In this document: positions 1 to 12,224 of the stretch, piece by piece
Layout of the letters: the number at the start of each line of letters is the position of its first letter
Position numbering within the stretch: the first letter of the stretch is position 1
Assembly (NCBI RefSeq): GCF_963921235.1
Contig: NC_086097.1
Span: 63,366,001-63,430,000 of the forward strand
Reading direction: 5' to 3'
Length of the DNA stretch: 64,000 nt
Source: Mobula hypostoma
Taxonomy: Eukaryota
Program-made: the position numbers and the translations under genes
The notes under the pieces: model-generated
Seen by the model: only the letters and a program-made list of their open reading frames with translations
Database searches by the model: none
What the model was told of the DNA's origin: nothing

Positions 1-22
1 GTATGGAGGCAAAACACAACAG

Positions 23-2077
23 TTAGAGCTTTATGCAACACACATAAAAATTGCTGGTGAACGCAGCAGGCCAGGCAGCATCTACAGGAAGAGGTACAGT
101 CGGTGTTTTGAGCTGAGACCCTTCGTCAGGACGAACTGAAAGAAGAGATAGTAAGAGATTTGGGAGGGAGATCGGTGGGAAGGGATGGGAGGGGAACGAA
201 TGGACATGGGAATCATGTAGGGAGTGATCCCTGCGGAAAGCGGGGGGGGTGGGAAAGGTGTGCTTAGTGGTGGGATCCTGTTGGAGGTGGCAGAAGTTAC
301 GGAGAATAATATGTTGGACCCAGAGGCTGGTGGGGTGGTAGGTGAGGACAAGGGGAACCCTATTCCTAGTGGGGTGGCGGGAGGACGGAGTGAGAGCAGA
401 TGTGCATGAAATGGGAGAGATGCGTTTGAGAGCAGAGTTGATGGTGGAGGAAGGGAAGCCCCTTTCTTTAAAAAAGGAGGACATCTTCTTCATCCTGGAA
501 TGAAAAGCCTCATCCTGAAAGCAGATGTGGCAGAGATGGAGGAATTGCAAGAAGGGGATGGCACTTTTGCAAGAGACAGGGTGAGAGGAGGAATAGTCCA
601 GATAGCTGTGAGAGTCCGTAGGCTTATAGTAGACATCAGTAGATAAGCTGTCTCCAGAGATAGAGACAGAAAGATCAAGAAAGGGGAGGGAGGTGTCAGA
701 AATGGACCGGGTACACTTGAGGGCAGGGTGAAAGTTGGAGGCAAAGTTAGTGAAGTCAACAAGCTCAGCATGCGTGCAGGAAGCAGCGCCAATGCAGTCG
801 TTGATGTAGCGAAGGAAAAGTGGGGGACAGATACCAGTATAGGCTTGGAACATGGATTGTTCCACAAAGTCAACAAAAAGGCAGGCATAGCTGGGACCCA
901 TACGGGCAACACCTTTAGTTTGGAGGAAGTGGGAGGAGCTAAAGGAGAAATTATTAAGAGTAAGGACTAATTCCTCTAGATGGAGCAGAGTGGTGGTAGA
1001 GGGGAACTGGTTAGGTTTGGAATCCATAGAGAAGTGGAGAGTTTTGAGACCTTCCTGATGGGGAATGGAAGTGTATAGAGACTGGACATCCATGGTGAAA
1101 ATAAAGCGGTAGGGGCCAGGGAACTTAAAATCATCAAAAAAATTCAGAGTGTGAGAAGTGTCACGAACATAGGTAGGAAGGAATTGAACAAGGGTGGATG
1201 AAACAGTGTAGAGGTATGCAGAAATGAGTTCGGTGGGGCAGGAGCAAGCTGAGACAATGGGTCTACCTGGACAGGCAGGTTTATGGATCTTGGGTAGGAG
1301 GTAGGAATGGGAAGTGCAGGGTGTGGGAACTATAAGGTTGGTAGCAGTGGATGGGAGATCCCTTGAGCAGATAGAGTTGGTGATGGTGTGGGAGACAATG
1401 GCCTGGTGCTCCTTAATGGGGTCATGATTGAGGGGTAAATAAGAGGAGGTATCCGCGAGTTGTCGCTGTGCCTTGGCAAGGTAGAGGTCAGTATGCGAGA
1501 TTACAACGACGGGTTTAATAGTAAGATTAGTGCGGAGGGAGTGGAGAGCACAGCGTTCGGAAGGAGGGAGGTTGGAATGGGAACAAGGTGCGGTGAAGTC
1601 GAGACGGTTGATGTCCCATCGGCAGTTAGCTATAAAGAGATCCAGAGCAGGCAGAAGACCAGAGCGGGCTGTCCATGAAGAGGAGGAGGGTTGAAGATGG
1701 GAGAAGGAGTCATCGGAGGGGGTAGGAGAGTCCTTGCCGAAGAAGTAGGTTGGAGGATGGAGTCGGCAGAAGAAGAGTTCAGCGTCATGGCGAACGCAGA
1801 ACTCGCTGAGGTGTGGGTGAAGGGGGACAAAGGTGAGGTCCTTGCTGAGGACAGAGCACTCTGCCTCAGACAGTTGAAGGTCAGAGGGGATGGTAAAGAC
1901 CCGGCACAGATGAGAAGTGGGATCGGGGGGAGGGGGAGGGAGGCTGGTGGTGTCAGTGGAGAGGGGAGGGTTGGGGTGAGAGGAAGATGGAGCTTCTGAG
2001 GGCCCAGGAGCTGACAGTGGGATCTGAGGGAGACGGGGTTGCAGAGTGGTGGTGGGAGAAGGGGAGATGGGAGTCAC
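23..2077 (-). pseudogene. Penelope-type reverse transcriptase, decayed
   Basis: Motifs YLLPKIHKP..GRPIVS, FTMDVQSLYTSIPH, QTKGVARMGPSYA, FLRYINDC (YIDD mutated to YIND), LPFLDL and STDVYYKPTDSHSYL. Confidence 0.85.
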
Positions 2078-2341
2078 AGTAGCAGCACATAAAGACCCAG
2101 CCTGGAGTTCAAGGCTGGAGTCTCAGTTGGTGGTTGCGCAATCACCTTGAAGGTGTCCATGGTCGTTGCTGGAGTCCAGGTTTTGAATCTGCCCTGGGGT
2201 TCTGGAGCCAGCAAGATCAATGGCAAAGGCCGCAATCTGAAGTTCATGCCTGCTAGCGTCAGGGCCAGCAGGCTCTGGGGTCACAGGTGGAAGATCTTGC
2301 GATCCTTGCCTAACATGACAAAGTCAAAAAAACGGCGATTG
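36..2341 (-). mobile_element. Penelope-like retroelement, internally deleted (GIY-YIG region missing)
   Basis: Flanked by the 16-bp direct repeat CAGTTAGAGCTTTATG (20-35 and 2342-2357). The minus-strand ORF has PLE RT motifs. Its 3' end matches the copy at 26590-26716, and a deletion junction near 172 joins the RT C-terminus to the 3' end. Confidence 0.9.
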
Positions 2342-2507
2342 CAGTTAGAGCTTTATGTATTGAAAGTGGCAGGCCAACAATTTTTGGATGTGAATGATTG
2401 AGAAAAATCCAACTGGACTGGCACACAACCAAAGCTCTCAATTTGCTATCAATGGGCAACTACAGCCCAAATGGTAGCACTAAGCAGACACTGTCACAGC
2501 TGTTTAA

Positions 2508-3041
2508 TGCTAATGAATCTGTTGCAGTCCATTGTAAGGATGAGCTTTCAGAGTACTTGAAGGGACACGATAAAAGACGCCAAAGTTAGCAGAGTTTCCT
2601 TCAGGGTAAATCTCCCCTGACAGGTCTGTTGGAATAACAAGCAGGATAGACAAGGTAGAGTCAGTAGATGCTGTTTCATTCACTTTGGTCAAAGGAATAA
2701 GGACATAGACTATCAGGAGAAAACTCAAAAAATCAGAGGTTAAAAGAACTTGGGAGTGTAGAACCAAAGGGCACAGCCTCAGAATAGAGGGACATCCATT
2801 TAAGACCGAGAAGAAGAGGAATTTCTTTTGCCAGAGAGTGAAGAATTTACAGAATTCATTGCCACAGATGACTTGGAGGTCAAGTGGAAGTTGATAGGTT
2901 CTTGATTAGTCAGGATGCAAAAGGTTACAGGGAGAGGACAGGAGAACGGGGTTGGGAGGGATAATAATCAGCCATGATGGAATAGTGGAGCAGACTCAAT
3001 GGGCTGAAAGGCCTAATTCTGCTCCTATGTCTTATGTTCCT
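2508..3041 (+). mobile_element. CR1 LINE remnant (deleted RT fragment plus 3' end)
   Basis: Homologous to the CR1 copies at 45680-47315 and 13075-14300; ends in a CTCCTATGTCTTATG tail. Confidence 0.7.
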
Positions 3042-6000
3042 AATTTTTTTAGCCACAGAACATATCACATTTATCCATTTATCATAGAAGTCCAGGTTGA
3101 TATAAATACTGGCAAAGAAGTTTTCAAGGTGAGACAAGGAAAACTGCAAATGCTGGAAGTCTGAAATCATAACTTGATAAAAGACTTTGATCAAAAAGTT
3201 AACTCTTTCTCTTTCTTTACAGATGCTTTGTTCCTGGTTGAATATTTCCTACACCTTTTGTTTTTATTTTCGTAAGACAAAAATATGGGTTGTCCCAAAT
3301 ATGCAGCTGTCCCAATTAACCAAAATCCACTGTATTATGAAGATTTAAGGGACTCTTAGATAGCACATAGACGAAAGAAATGGAGGGCTATGTGGGATGG
3401 AAGGGTTAGATTGATCTTAGAATAAGTTTAAATGTTGGCATAACATCACAGGTGCCGGACAACTATTATTCATACTGTTCTACGATTCTGTGATTCTTAT
3501 TATAATTTAAATTGATATATAAAAGTGTGAAACCAAGCCACTTACACTTCAGTGTTTAAAAAAAACCTTTAACTTATAACATGATGTCAATCTTGATTTA
3601 AAGAAAGCTCAGTCATTGGGTGAAGAGAATTTTTTTAATGTTTTGAGCATGTAGAAATTTGCAGCAATGTATTCATTGGCCGAGAGTGACACATGCATAA
3701 GCTTCTTTCATTTGCCACCATTGCACTAAAAAGCAGTATCGTCTCCAGGTAAGTTCAATGAATTGTAAGTGACCAATATTATTTCTATTGATTAGTACTT
3801 ACGGCTGATTTCGTGCTAAATGTTGTCAACTGGGTTACGGAAGTACAAATGACTTTGAAACAGACTTTTGATAATCAATTCCAATATTTGACATGAAATT
3901 GAAATTAGATTAATTGGTCTCCAGTTAGCAGGGTATGATTTATGTGTTTCTTTGAATACGTTGGTACGACAAGCTGTCTGGATCTCCCCAGGCTCTATTG
4001 ACCCTGCTCAAAATCATTCTTAAAGCTTTTCAAATCTTTAGTCTTACCTCACTCAGCATTGAAATAAACAGAAACTTCAGAATTATATTTTTATCTTATT
4101 TAATTTTTCTGGCCTTTCACTGATTTTAGAAGGCATATTAATGTTTGGACAGTGAATGTTATTTGTGTTTATTTGGAATTCATTATTTAGAAATTTGCTA
4201 TTTTCTGTTTTATTTGATTACGAGGTCAAAAAATTGAGAAGTGTTGGTAATGTGTATTAAACTACCTGCACAGCAGGCCAGCCATGATTTGTTCAAAGAC
4301 TCACTGCTGCAGGAGGCTGAAGGTGTCCGTGCTACTAAGTGGACCTTGAGCAATCAAGAGCCTTTGTAAAATTCACAATGAAATTGGGATGAATCTGGTC
4401 TGCAGATCAAGGTGGGGGTCAGCAGCAGTGAATGGGCAGGAGATTGAGCAGTTGGGAATTAAGAATCAGATGAGGTCAGTGATTGGAAGGATGAGGTTGG
4501 GAATTGGTATTCATGGATAGATGGCAGGGACTGGGGAAATTGGTTGATGTCACACGAAACGATAGTTGGGGTGGGGGTGAATTTGAAGGGAGACATGGAA
4601 AGGGTTAAGTATTTTATTTAAAACAGATCTAGATAAGGTGGGTTCTTAGCACATAACTTCCACAGGCAAAGAGCTGTTCATTATTTTTGAAACAGGCGTT
4701 ATGGCCTGCTTCTGCATGTATGATCCACACCCTTCATGGGCCACTTACTTCAGTCAATTTCAAAAAATATTTGTAATCATTACCATGTGTTCAGGTCTTT
4801 ATGTTTCTTGCACCATCAATTCAAATGTATTCTCTTATAACATGGCAAAGTTGCTTTCACTTCCTCTTGCATCTTCATTTTTGAAATGTTCTAGAGCAGA
4901 GTGAAGAGCCAATGAAGAGCCTGTTGTTGCCCTGTTGTGATGGTATGCAAGAGTTGATATGTTTCATGACCAACAGCACGTCATCACAGTGGATGTAAGT
5001 TCTACTGGATGATAATCAAGAGTAAGAGGATAACTAGGGAGAGGATAAAGAGGGGAACATTTGCTTGGATGTGGAGAATGAGAGTGGGGTAGTTAAACAG
5101 TACTTTGCTTCAGTACTTACCGAAGAAAAGGACATAAATATGTCAGGGCATTAGGAGGTCAAGGAGGAAGTGTTGGGTCTGCTAATGAGTATTAAGGTGG
5201 ATAAGTCCCCAGGGCCTAATGGGATTTACCCCAGGTTATTGAAGGAGGCAAGAGATTGCTGGGGCCTATCTTCGTGTCCTCTCTAGGCATGGGCGAGGTC
5301 CCAGAGTACTGATGAGTAGCTAATGTTGTACCTCTATTTAAGAAGGGAACAAAGGAAAATCCTGGTAATTATAGACCAGTAAGTCTCACAACAGTTGTAG
5401 GGAAATTGCTGGAGAAAATTTTTATGGATAGGATATATGAGCATTTAGAAAACCGTGGCCTAGTTAGAGAGACCCAGCATAGCTTGTGCAGAGCAGATCG
5501 TGTCTTAACAACTTGATAGTGTTTTTTGACAGGATGATGAGAGAGACTGATGAAGATAGAGCAGTGAATGCTGTCTACATGGGCTTTAGTAAAGCATTTG
5601 ACAAAGTCCCTCATGGGAGGCTAATCTGGAAGATTAAAATGCATGGAATCCATGGTGAATTGCCTATTTGGATTCAAAGCTGGCTTGCACATAGAAGTCA
5701 GCAGACAGTGGTCAGGGGGACCTATTCAAGCTGAGGACTATAATTAGTGGTGTTCCTCAGGGATCTGTGCTGGGACTTCGGCTGTTTGTGATGTATATCA
5801 ATGACCTGGATGAAAATGTAGATGGATGGATTAGTAAATTTGTGAATGATACCAAGATTGGTGGAGTTTTGGGTAATGTAGAAGACTGGTAAAGAATGCA
5901 GCACAATATAGATCAGTTGCAGATATGAGAAGAGAAATGGTAGATGGAGTTTAACCAAGATAAATGTGAGGTACTGCACCTTGGTAGGGTAAATGCAAGG

Positions 6001-6400
6001 ACAGCACAGTGTTAAGGGCAATACCCTTAATAGTGTTGCTGAGAAAAGAGATCTTGGGGTCCAGATTCGTAGCTCCATGAAAGTGGCTACACAGGTCGAT
6101 AAGGTGGTGAAGAAGGCTTATGGAATGCTTGCTTTTATTAGTCAAGGCACTGAGTTCAAAAGTCAAGAAGCAATGTTGCAGACTTACAAAACTCTGGTTA
6201 GATTGCATCTGCAGTATTGCATACAGTTCTGGTTACCCCACTACAGGAAGAATGTTAAGGCTTTGGAGAGGGTGCAGAAGAGGTTTACCAGGATGCTGCC
6301 TTGTTTGGAGGGAATGTGCTGTCATGAGAGGCTGGACAAACTCCGGTTGTTTTCTTTGGAGCAGCAAAGGCTGAGGGGAGATCTGATAGAGCTTTATAAG

Positions 6401-7736
6401 TGTCATGGTCTTGGTCCGTGAAGTCCGCATTCCAGTTCACGGTCCAGTCCATGGACTCCGGACTCTGGGTCTTCCGGCGTCCCTTGTTTCAGTTGGGCTT
6501 TATCATAGGCACCTGATGTTCATCTTGGGGTTGGGAATATAGGGGGCCCTGGGTTTGAGTGTGGGGGCTGGTTTGTCTTTGCCTCTATGGGGTAAGTCAG
6601 GCTGTCTTTGCTGTTACCCTGCGGTTGGATCTGTCCCTTCATGTCCTTGCCTTCGTTGGGTAAGCCATTCCGTCTTTGCCATTACACCGAGGCTGAACTG
6701 TTTCCTTCCCTTCCCCTTTCTTCTGGAGCCTGTGCCTGCAACTTTGTCAAGTTCTACCACCAGAGTAAGACTGGAGCCTTGCTGTGTCAAAGATAAGGAA
6801 CTGTCTATCATTCAGTTGGAACTGTCTCTGTGTCCATGCCTTCGCTAGGTAGGTCAGGCTGTTTGCCGCTACCTAGTGTTGGGATCTGTCTCATGTTCAG
6901 CATTCTGTGTAGAGCCCTGGCCCCAAGTCCTGTTCCCAAGGAGGGGTCCTGGCTCTGTGTTCCATGTCCCTGTGTTCCTGTCTCTGAAGTCCAAGGCTCT
7001 GTGTTACCGTGCTCTAGACCAAGGCTCTGTGTTCCTGTCCTCCCCAAGACCAAGGCTCTGTGTTCTGCGTTCCTGTTGTCCCAAATCCAAGGTTCTGAGG
7101 TTCTTGTCGTCCCAAGTCCAAGGCCCGGCTGTTCCTGAGTATCAAGTCAAGGCTTCATGTTCTCGTCCTGTCCACGTGCCTCGTCCTGTCCATGTGCTTC
7201 ATCCTGTGCTGGAGTTCCCTCGTCCTGCCCAGGAATCTCTCGTCTGTCCTGTAGCCTCACCTAGTCCTGTCTTCCAAGACCACGTCATGTCTTCGCCAGG
7301 TTCTGGAGTCCAAGCAGTTCAGCCTCTGGCTTGGAGTCCAAACCCAAGCCTCATCATGTCCTCGCCACGAAGAACCCAAGCCTCGTCATGTCCTCGCCTC
7401 GAGGAACCCAAGCCATGAAGAACCCAAGCCATGTCCAGTCCTATAGCCATGTCATGTCCTCACCTAGTTCCGAGGTCCGAGCCCGAGTCAAGACCCAGGT
7501 TCTGGGTCCTTGTCCAGTCTCTGGCTCAGAGTCCAAGCCCAGGCTCCTAGTTCCTAGTTCCTAGTCCTGGTCCCGCTTGCCTAGCCAATGTCCTAGACCA
7601 AGTCTGTGTTCTTGTCCCAGCTCCTAGTCTGCATCCAGTCACGTCACTAACTCTAGTCTCTAATCCTGTCCTGTTCCTAGTACTTCAGTGTCTGTGTCTT
7701 GCATTTGGGTCTGCTCCCAGCACCCCCTTCATGACA
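6401..7736 (+). mobile_element. Solo LTR (Gypsy/BEL-like) inserted in CR1 ORF2
   Basis: Termini TGTCATG...CATGACA; 5-bp TSD ATAAG (6396-6400, 7737-7741); homologous to 61779-62745. Strand is tentative. Confidence 0.85.
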
Positions 7737-8161
7737 ATAAGATTATGACAGGCATAGATAGACAAGATAGAAATCCCTAATATTTTGGGACATGCATTGA
7801 AGGTAAGAAGGGAAATGAGGGATAAGTAGGTGAATGCCTGGAATGCACTACCTTGTATGGTGGTAGAGCCAAATATCAGAGGCTATTACGTGAGCATGAG
7901 GAACATGGAGGGATATTAAAATTGCGTAGATAGGAAGGATTACAGTGCCTATAAAAAGTATACATCCCCTTGGAAGTTTTCATGTTTTTTTTTGTTTTAC
8001 GACATTGAATCACAGTGGCATTCATTTGGCTTTTTTTTGACACTGAATAACAGGAAAAAAAATTGAGTCAAAGTGAAAACAGATCTCTACAAAGTGCTCT
8101 AAATTAATTACAAATATGAAACACAAGATAATTGATTGCATAAATATTCACCCCCTTCAAG

Positions 8162-9166
8162 TCAGTATTTAGTAGATGCACTTTTGGCAGCAATTGCAGC
8201 CTTGAGTATATGTGGATAGGTTTCTATCAGCTTTGCACATCTGGATACTGAAAGTCCTCCCCATTCTGCTTTACAAAACTGCTCAAGCTCTGAATGATTG
8301 CATGGGAGCAGTGAGTGAACATCCCTTTTCAAGTCCAGCCACAAATTCTCAATTGGATTGAGTTCTGTACTCTGACTTGGCCACTCCAGGACTTTAACTT
8401 TATTGTTTTTAAGCCATTCCTTGTAGCTTTGGCTTTATGATTGGGATTATTGTCTTGCTGGAAAACAAATCTTCTCCCATGTCACAGTTCTCTTGCAGAC
8501 TGTTTTAGGATTTCCTCCAGGAGTTCCCTCCATTCATTTTACCCGCTACCTTCATAAGCCTTCTAGGGCTTCCTGCAATAAAGCACCCCCACAGCACGAT
8601 GTAGCCACCACCATGTTTCACAGTAGGGATGGTGTACTTTTGCTGTTAGGTTTTATGGCTTACAGCAAACTTAAGATTTACTCTAATGGCCAAGAAGCTC
8701 AATTTTGTTTTCATGAGACCATAGACCCTTCTTCCAGCTGACTTCGAAGTCTCCCACATGCCTTCTGGAAAACTCTAGCTGAGATATCATGTGAGTTCTT
8801 TTTCACCCGTGTCTTTCTCTTTGCCACTCTCCCATAAAGCTGCAACTGGTGAAGCATCTGGGCAACAGTCATTGTATGTGTAGTCTCTCCCATCTCAGCC
8901 ACTGAAGCTTGTAACTCCTCCAGAGATGTCATAGGTCTCTCGGGGGCCTCTCTCACTTGTCCCCTTGCACGGTCACTCAGTTTTTGAGGATGGCCTGCTC
9001 TGGGCAGATTTAGATCTGTGCCATATTCTTTCCATTTCTTGATGATTGACTTAACTGTACTCCAAGAGGTATTCAGTGACTTGGAAATGTTCTTCTATCT
9101 AACTCCTGATTTATGCTTTTCAATAACCTTTTTGCAGAGATACTTGGAGTGTCCTTTTGTCTTCAT
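8162..9166 (-). pseudogene. Tc1 DD34E-family transposase pseudogene
   Basis: N-terminus MKTKGHSK...VIEKHKSG...TVKSIIKKWKEYG, middle LYGRVAKRK, C-terminus ELEQFCKAEW...CAKLIETYP..LKAAIAAK..STKY. Several frameshifts and stops. Confidence 0.88.
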
Positions 9167-9292
9167 GGTGTAGTTTTTGCCAGAATACTGACTCACCAGC
9201 AGTTGGACCTTCCAGATACAGGTGTATTTGTACTACAATCAGTTGAAACATCTTGACTGCACACAGGTCTCCAAAAACAGATCTCCATTTAA

Positions 9293-10877
9293 ATAAGTGG
9301 ATAAATCCCCGGGACCTGACAGGGTGTTCCCTCGGACCTTGAAGGAGACTAGTGTTGAAATTGCGGGGGCCCTGGCAGCAATATTTAAAATGTCGCTGTC
9401 TATGGGTGAGGTACCGGAGGATTGGAGAGTGGTTCATTATGTTCTGTTGTTTAAAAAAGGATCGAAAAGTAATCCGGGAAATTATAGGCCGGTGAGTTTA
9501 ACGTCAGTAGTAGGTAAGTTATTGGAGGGAGTACTAAGAGACAGAATCTACAAGCATTTGGATAGACAGGGACTTATTAGGGAGAGTCAACATGGCTTTG
9601 TGCCTGGTAGGTCATGTTTGACCAATCTATTAGAGTTTTTCGAGGAGGTTACCAGGAAAGTGGATGAAGGGAAGGCAGTGGATATTGTCTACATGGATTT
9701 CAGTAAGGCCTTTGACAAGGTCCCGCATGGGAGGTTAGTTAGGAATATTCAGTCGCTAGGTATACATGGAGAGGTGGTAAATTGGATTAGAGATTGGCTC
9801 AATGGAAGAAGCCAGAGAGTGGTGGTAGAGAATTGCTTCTCTGAGTGGAGGCCTGTGACTAGTGGTGTGCCACAGGAATCAGTGCTGGGTCCATTGTTAT
9901 TTGTCATCTATATCAATGATCTGGATGATAATGTGGTAAATTGGATCAGCAAATTTACTGATGATACAAAGATTGGAGGTGTAGTAGACAGTGAGGAAGG
10001 TTTTCAGAGCCTGCAGAGGGACTTGGACCAGCTGGAAAAATGGGCTGAAAAATGGCAGATGGAGTTTAATACAGGCAAGTGTGAGATATTGCACGTTGGA
10101 AGGACAAACCAAGGTAGAACATATAGGGTTAATGGTAAGGCACCGAGGAATGCAGTAGAACAGAGGGATCTGGGAATACAGATACAAAATTCCCTAAAAC
10201 TGGTGTCACAAGTAGATAGGGTCGTAAAGAGAGCTTTTGGTACATTGTCCTTTATTAATCAAAGTATTGAGTATAAGTGCTGGAATGTTATGATGAGGTT
10301 GTATAAGGCATTGGTGAGGCCGAATCTGGAGTATTTTGTTCAGTTTTGGTCACCAAATTACAGGAAGGATATAAATAAGGTTGAAAGAGTGCAGAGAAGG
10401 TTTACAAGGATGTTGCCGGGACTTGAGAAACTCAGTTACAGAGAAAGGTTGAATAGGTTAGGACTTTATTCCCTGGAGCGTAGAAGAATGAGGGGAGATT
10501 TGATAGAGGTATATAAAATTATGATGGGTATAGATAGAGTGAATGCAAGCAGGCTTTTTCCACTGAGGCAAGGGGAGAAAAAAACCAGAGGACATGGGTT
10601 AAGGGTGAGGGGGGAAAAGTTTAAAGGGAACATTAGGGGGGGCTTCTTCACACAGAGAGTGGTGGGAGTATGGAATGAGCTGCCAAATGAGGTGGTAAAT
10701 GCAGGTTCTTTTTTAACATTTAAGAATAAATTGGACAGATACATGGATGGGAGGTGTATGGAGGGATATGGTCCGTGTGCAGGTCAGTGGGACTAGGCAG
10801 AAAATGGTTCAGCACAGCCAAGAAGGGCCAAAAGGCCTGTTTCTGTGCTGTAGTTTCTATGGTTTCTATGGTTTCTA
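9293..10877 (+). mobile_element. Young 5'-truncated CR1 LINE nested in the Tc1
   Basis: Uninterrupted 499-codon ORF2 fragment followed by a short 3' UTR and a (TTTCTATGG)n tail; Tc1 sequence resumes at about 10878. Confidence 0.92.
9297..10796 (+). pseudogene. CR1 ORF2 C-terminal part (RT domain), no endonuclease domain and no true start
   Basis: Motifs KSPGPD, NYRPVSLTS, QHGF, DFSKAFDKVPH, GVPQESVLGP, KFTDDTK, RDLG and ERVQRRFTRM. Confidence 0.88.
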
Positions 10878-11254
10878 ATTACGTCACTTCTAAAACCAGT
10901 TGACTGCACCAGTGATGAGTTGATGTTTCATATTAAAGTGGGGGGGTGAATATTTATGCAATCAATTATTTGTGTTTTATATGTGTAACTAACTTAGATC
11001 ACTTTGTAGAGATTTCTTTTCACTTTGACACGAAAGGGTCTTTTACTTTTGATCAGTGTCAAACAAGTTAAATTAACTCCATCGTGATTCAATGCTGTAA
11101 AACAGTAAAACATGAAATATTCCAAGGGGGATGAATACTTTTTATAGACACTGTAATTTTTGGATGGTTTTGATTTGCTCTTTAGCTGGTTCAGCACAAC
11201 ATTGTGGGCAAAAGGCCTGTTCCTGCGCTGTACAGTTCTATGTTCTATGTTCTC

Positions 11255-11470
11255 GGAGGCAGGTTAACACAATTCTTCTTGGGCACTGGTATGATTGAAG
11301 CCTGCTTGAAGGAGGTGGTACTTCAGATTGCTGAAGCAAGAAGCTGAAGATGTTCATGAATATTCCAGCCAGATAGTCAGCAAGGGTATTCAGTTCTCGG
11401 TCAAAGTGAGCAGTAAAGGCATTCAGCTCATTTGAGAGCAAAGCCTTATTGTCATTTATATTGCTTGTTT
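11255..11470 (-). mobile_element. Rex1/Babar-like LINE fragment
   Basis: Translation NELNAFTAHFD...LAGIFMNIF resembles the element at 59068-59319 (DELNAFHAHFE). Confidence 0.55.
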
Positions 11471-12224
11471 TTCTTTGTTTGACCTGCTGCTCAACAAAAA
11501 TTGCTTAATATGTTGATCACTAGTCAAATGGCTGCAATTGTGAATAGCCACAGAACTGCCTCAGCTTTCCAACACTTTCTATTTAATGGATGGGAATTCC
11601 TGCCTTTTAAATTTAGTTGAATAGTGGGAAAAAGGAAACTAACAAAAAAGTAAACTTGCTAAAATGTACTTAAATGTTTTAAACATCCTAAAGTCCCTGC
11701 CAGAGTGAAACACTCTGTATCGTCATGCTGAATCGCTCTGCAGAAATGTAAATATCATTACTAAAATGGTCCTTACATTTTCTTAAATACCAGCCCTATC
11801 ATTCAACTGCATCTCTAATTCATGTCAACAGCACAAATGCAGAGAGTCTGTGAAGCTCACATGCAGATGATGGTGAACACGTTTCAGATGGATTAATGTG
11901 AGGCAATGCAAATCATTCGGCTGTTTAGATGGATCACAACTCCTTCACTTCACATGCTATTGAATCACAAATTCCCGAACATGAGGCTGTTGATGCTCTG
12001 CAATTATATTCAAGTATATTCATGGATGAGATTGTTAGATTCTTGGAAAACCAAGGGAACTAGAGAATATGGAGACTGACAATAAACTGATTTTGACACA
12101 GAATCAAAGGGAAATGCTTAAAGGCAGCTCAAGCAGCTCAGTTGATCACCTCCGCTTCAATGCCTTGTGCACACATTTAATTTTCACGCTCACCAAATTC
12201 CATCAACCTGTTACTATTATATCA

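Larger units (their letters stand above)
7943..11153 (-). mobile_element. Tc1/mariner DNA transposon (IR/DR type, ~210-bp TIRs), interrupted by a CR1
   Basis: TA|CAGTGCCTATAAAAAG ... CTTTTTATAGACACTG|TA; long inverted repeats at about 7943-8157 and 10940-11153. Confidence 0.92.
5018..11253 (+). mobile_element. CR1 LINE (decayed ORF2 and 3' UTR) hosting a solo LTR, a Tc1 and a younger CR1
   Basis: RT motifs (SCLNNL, FSKAFDKVPH, GVPQGSVLG, DLGVQI, LERVQKRFTRM) in broken frames 5018-6400. The element resumes at 7742-7942 and 11154-11253 and ends in (TTCTATG)n. Confidence 0.85.

Noticed and set aside
3655..3755. Perfect CAG|GTAAGT donor suggesting a coding exon
   Set aside because: All three frames from the nearby upstream AG acceptors contain stops; a non-coding exon cannot be excluded.
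6555..7564. Pro/Ser/Cys/Val-rich ORFs (up to 180 aa) inside the solo LTR
   Set aside because: They arise from low-complexity repeats and are not preserved in the second copy at 61779-62745.
9297..10796. 499-aa ORF as an active or domesticated RT gene
   Set aside because: It begins at the 5' truncation point, has no endonuclease domain, and carries substitutions in conserved motifs (PQES, FTDD). Recent insertion explains the open frame.
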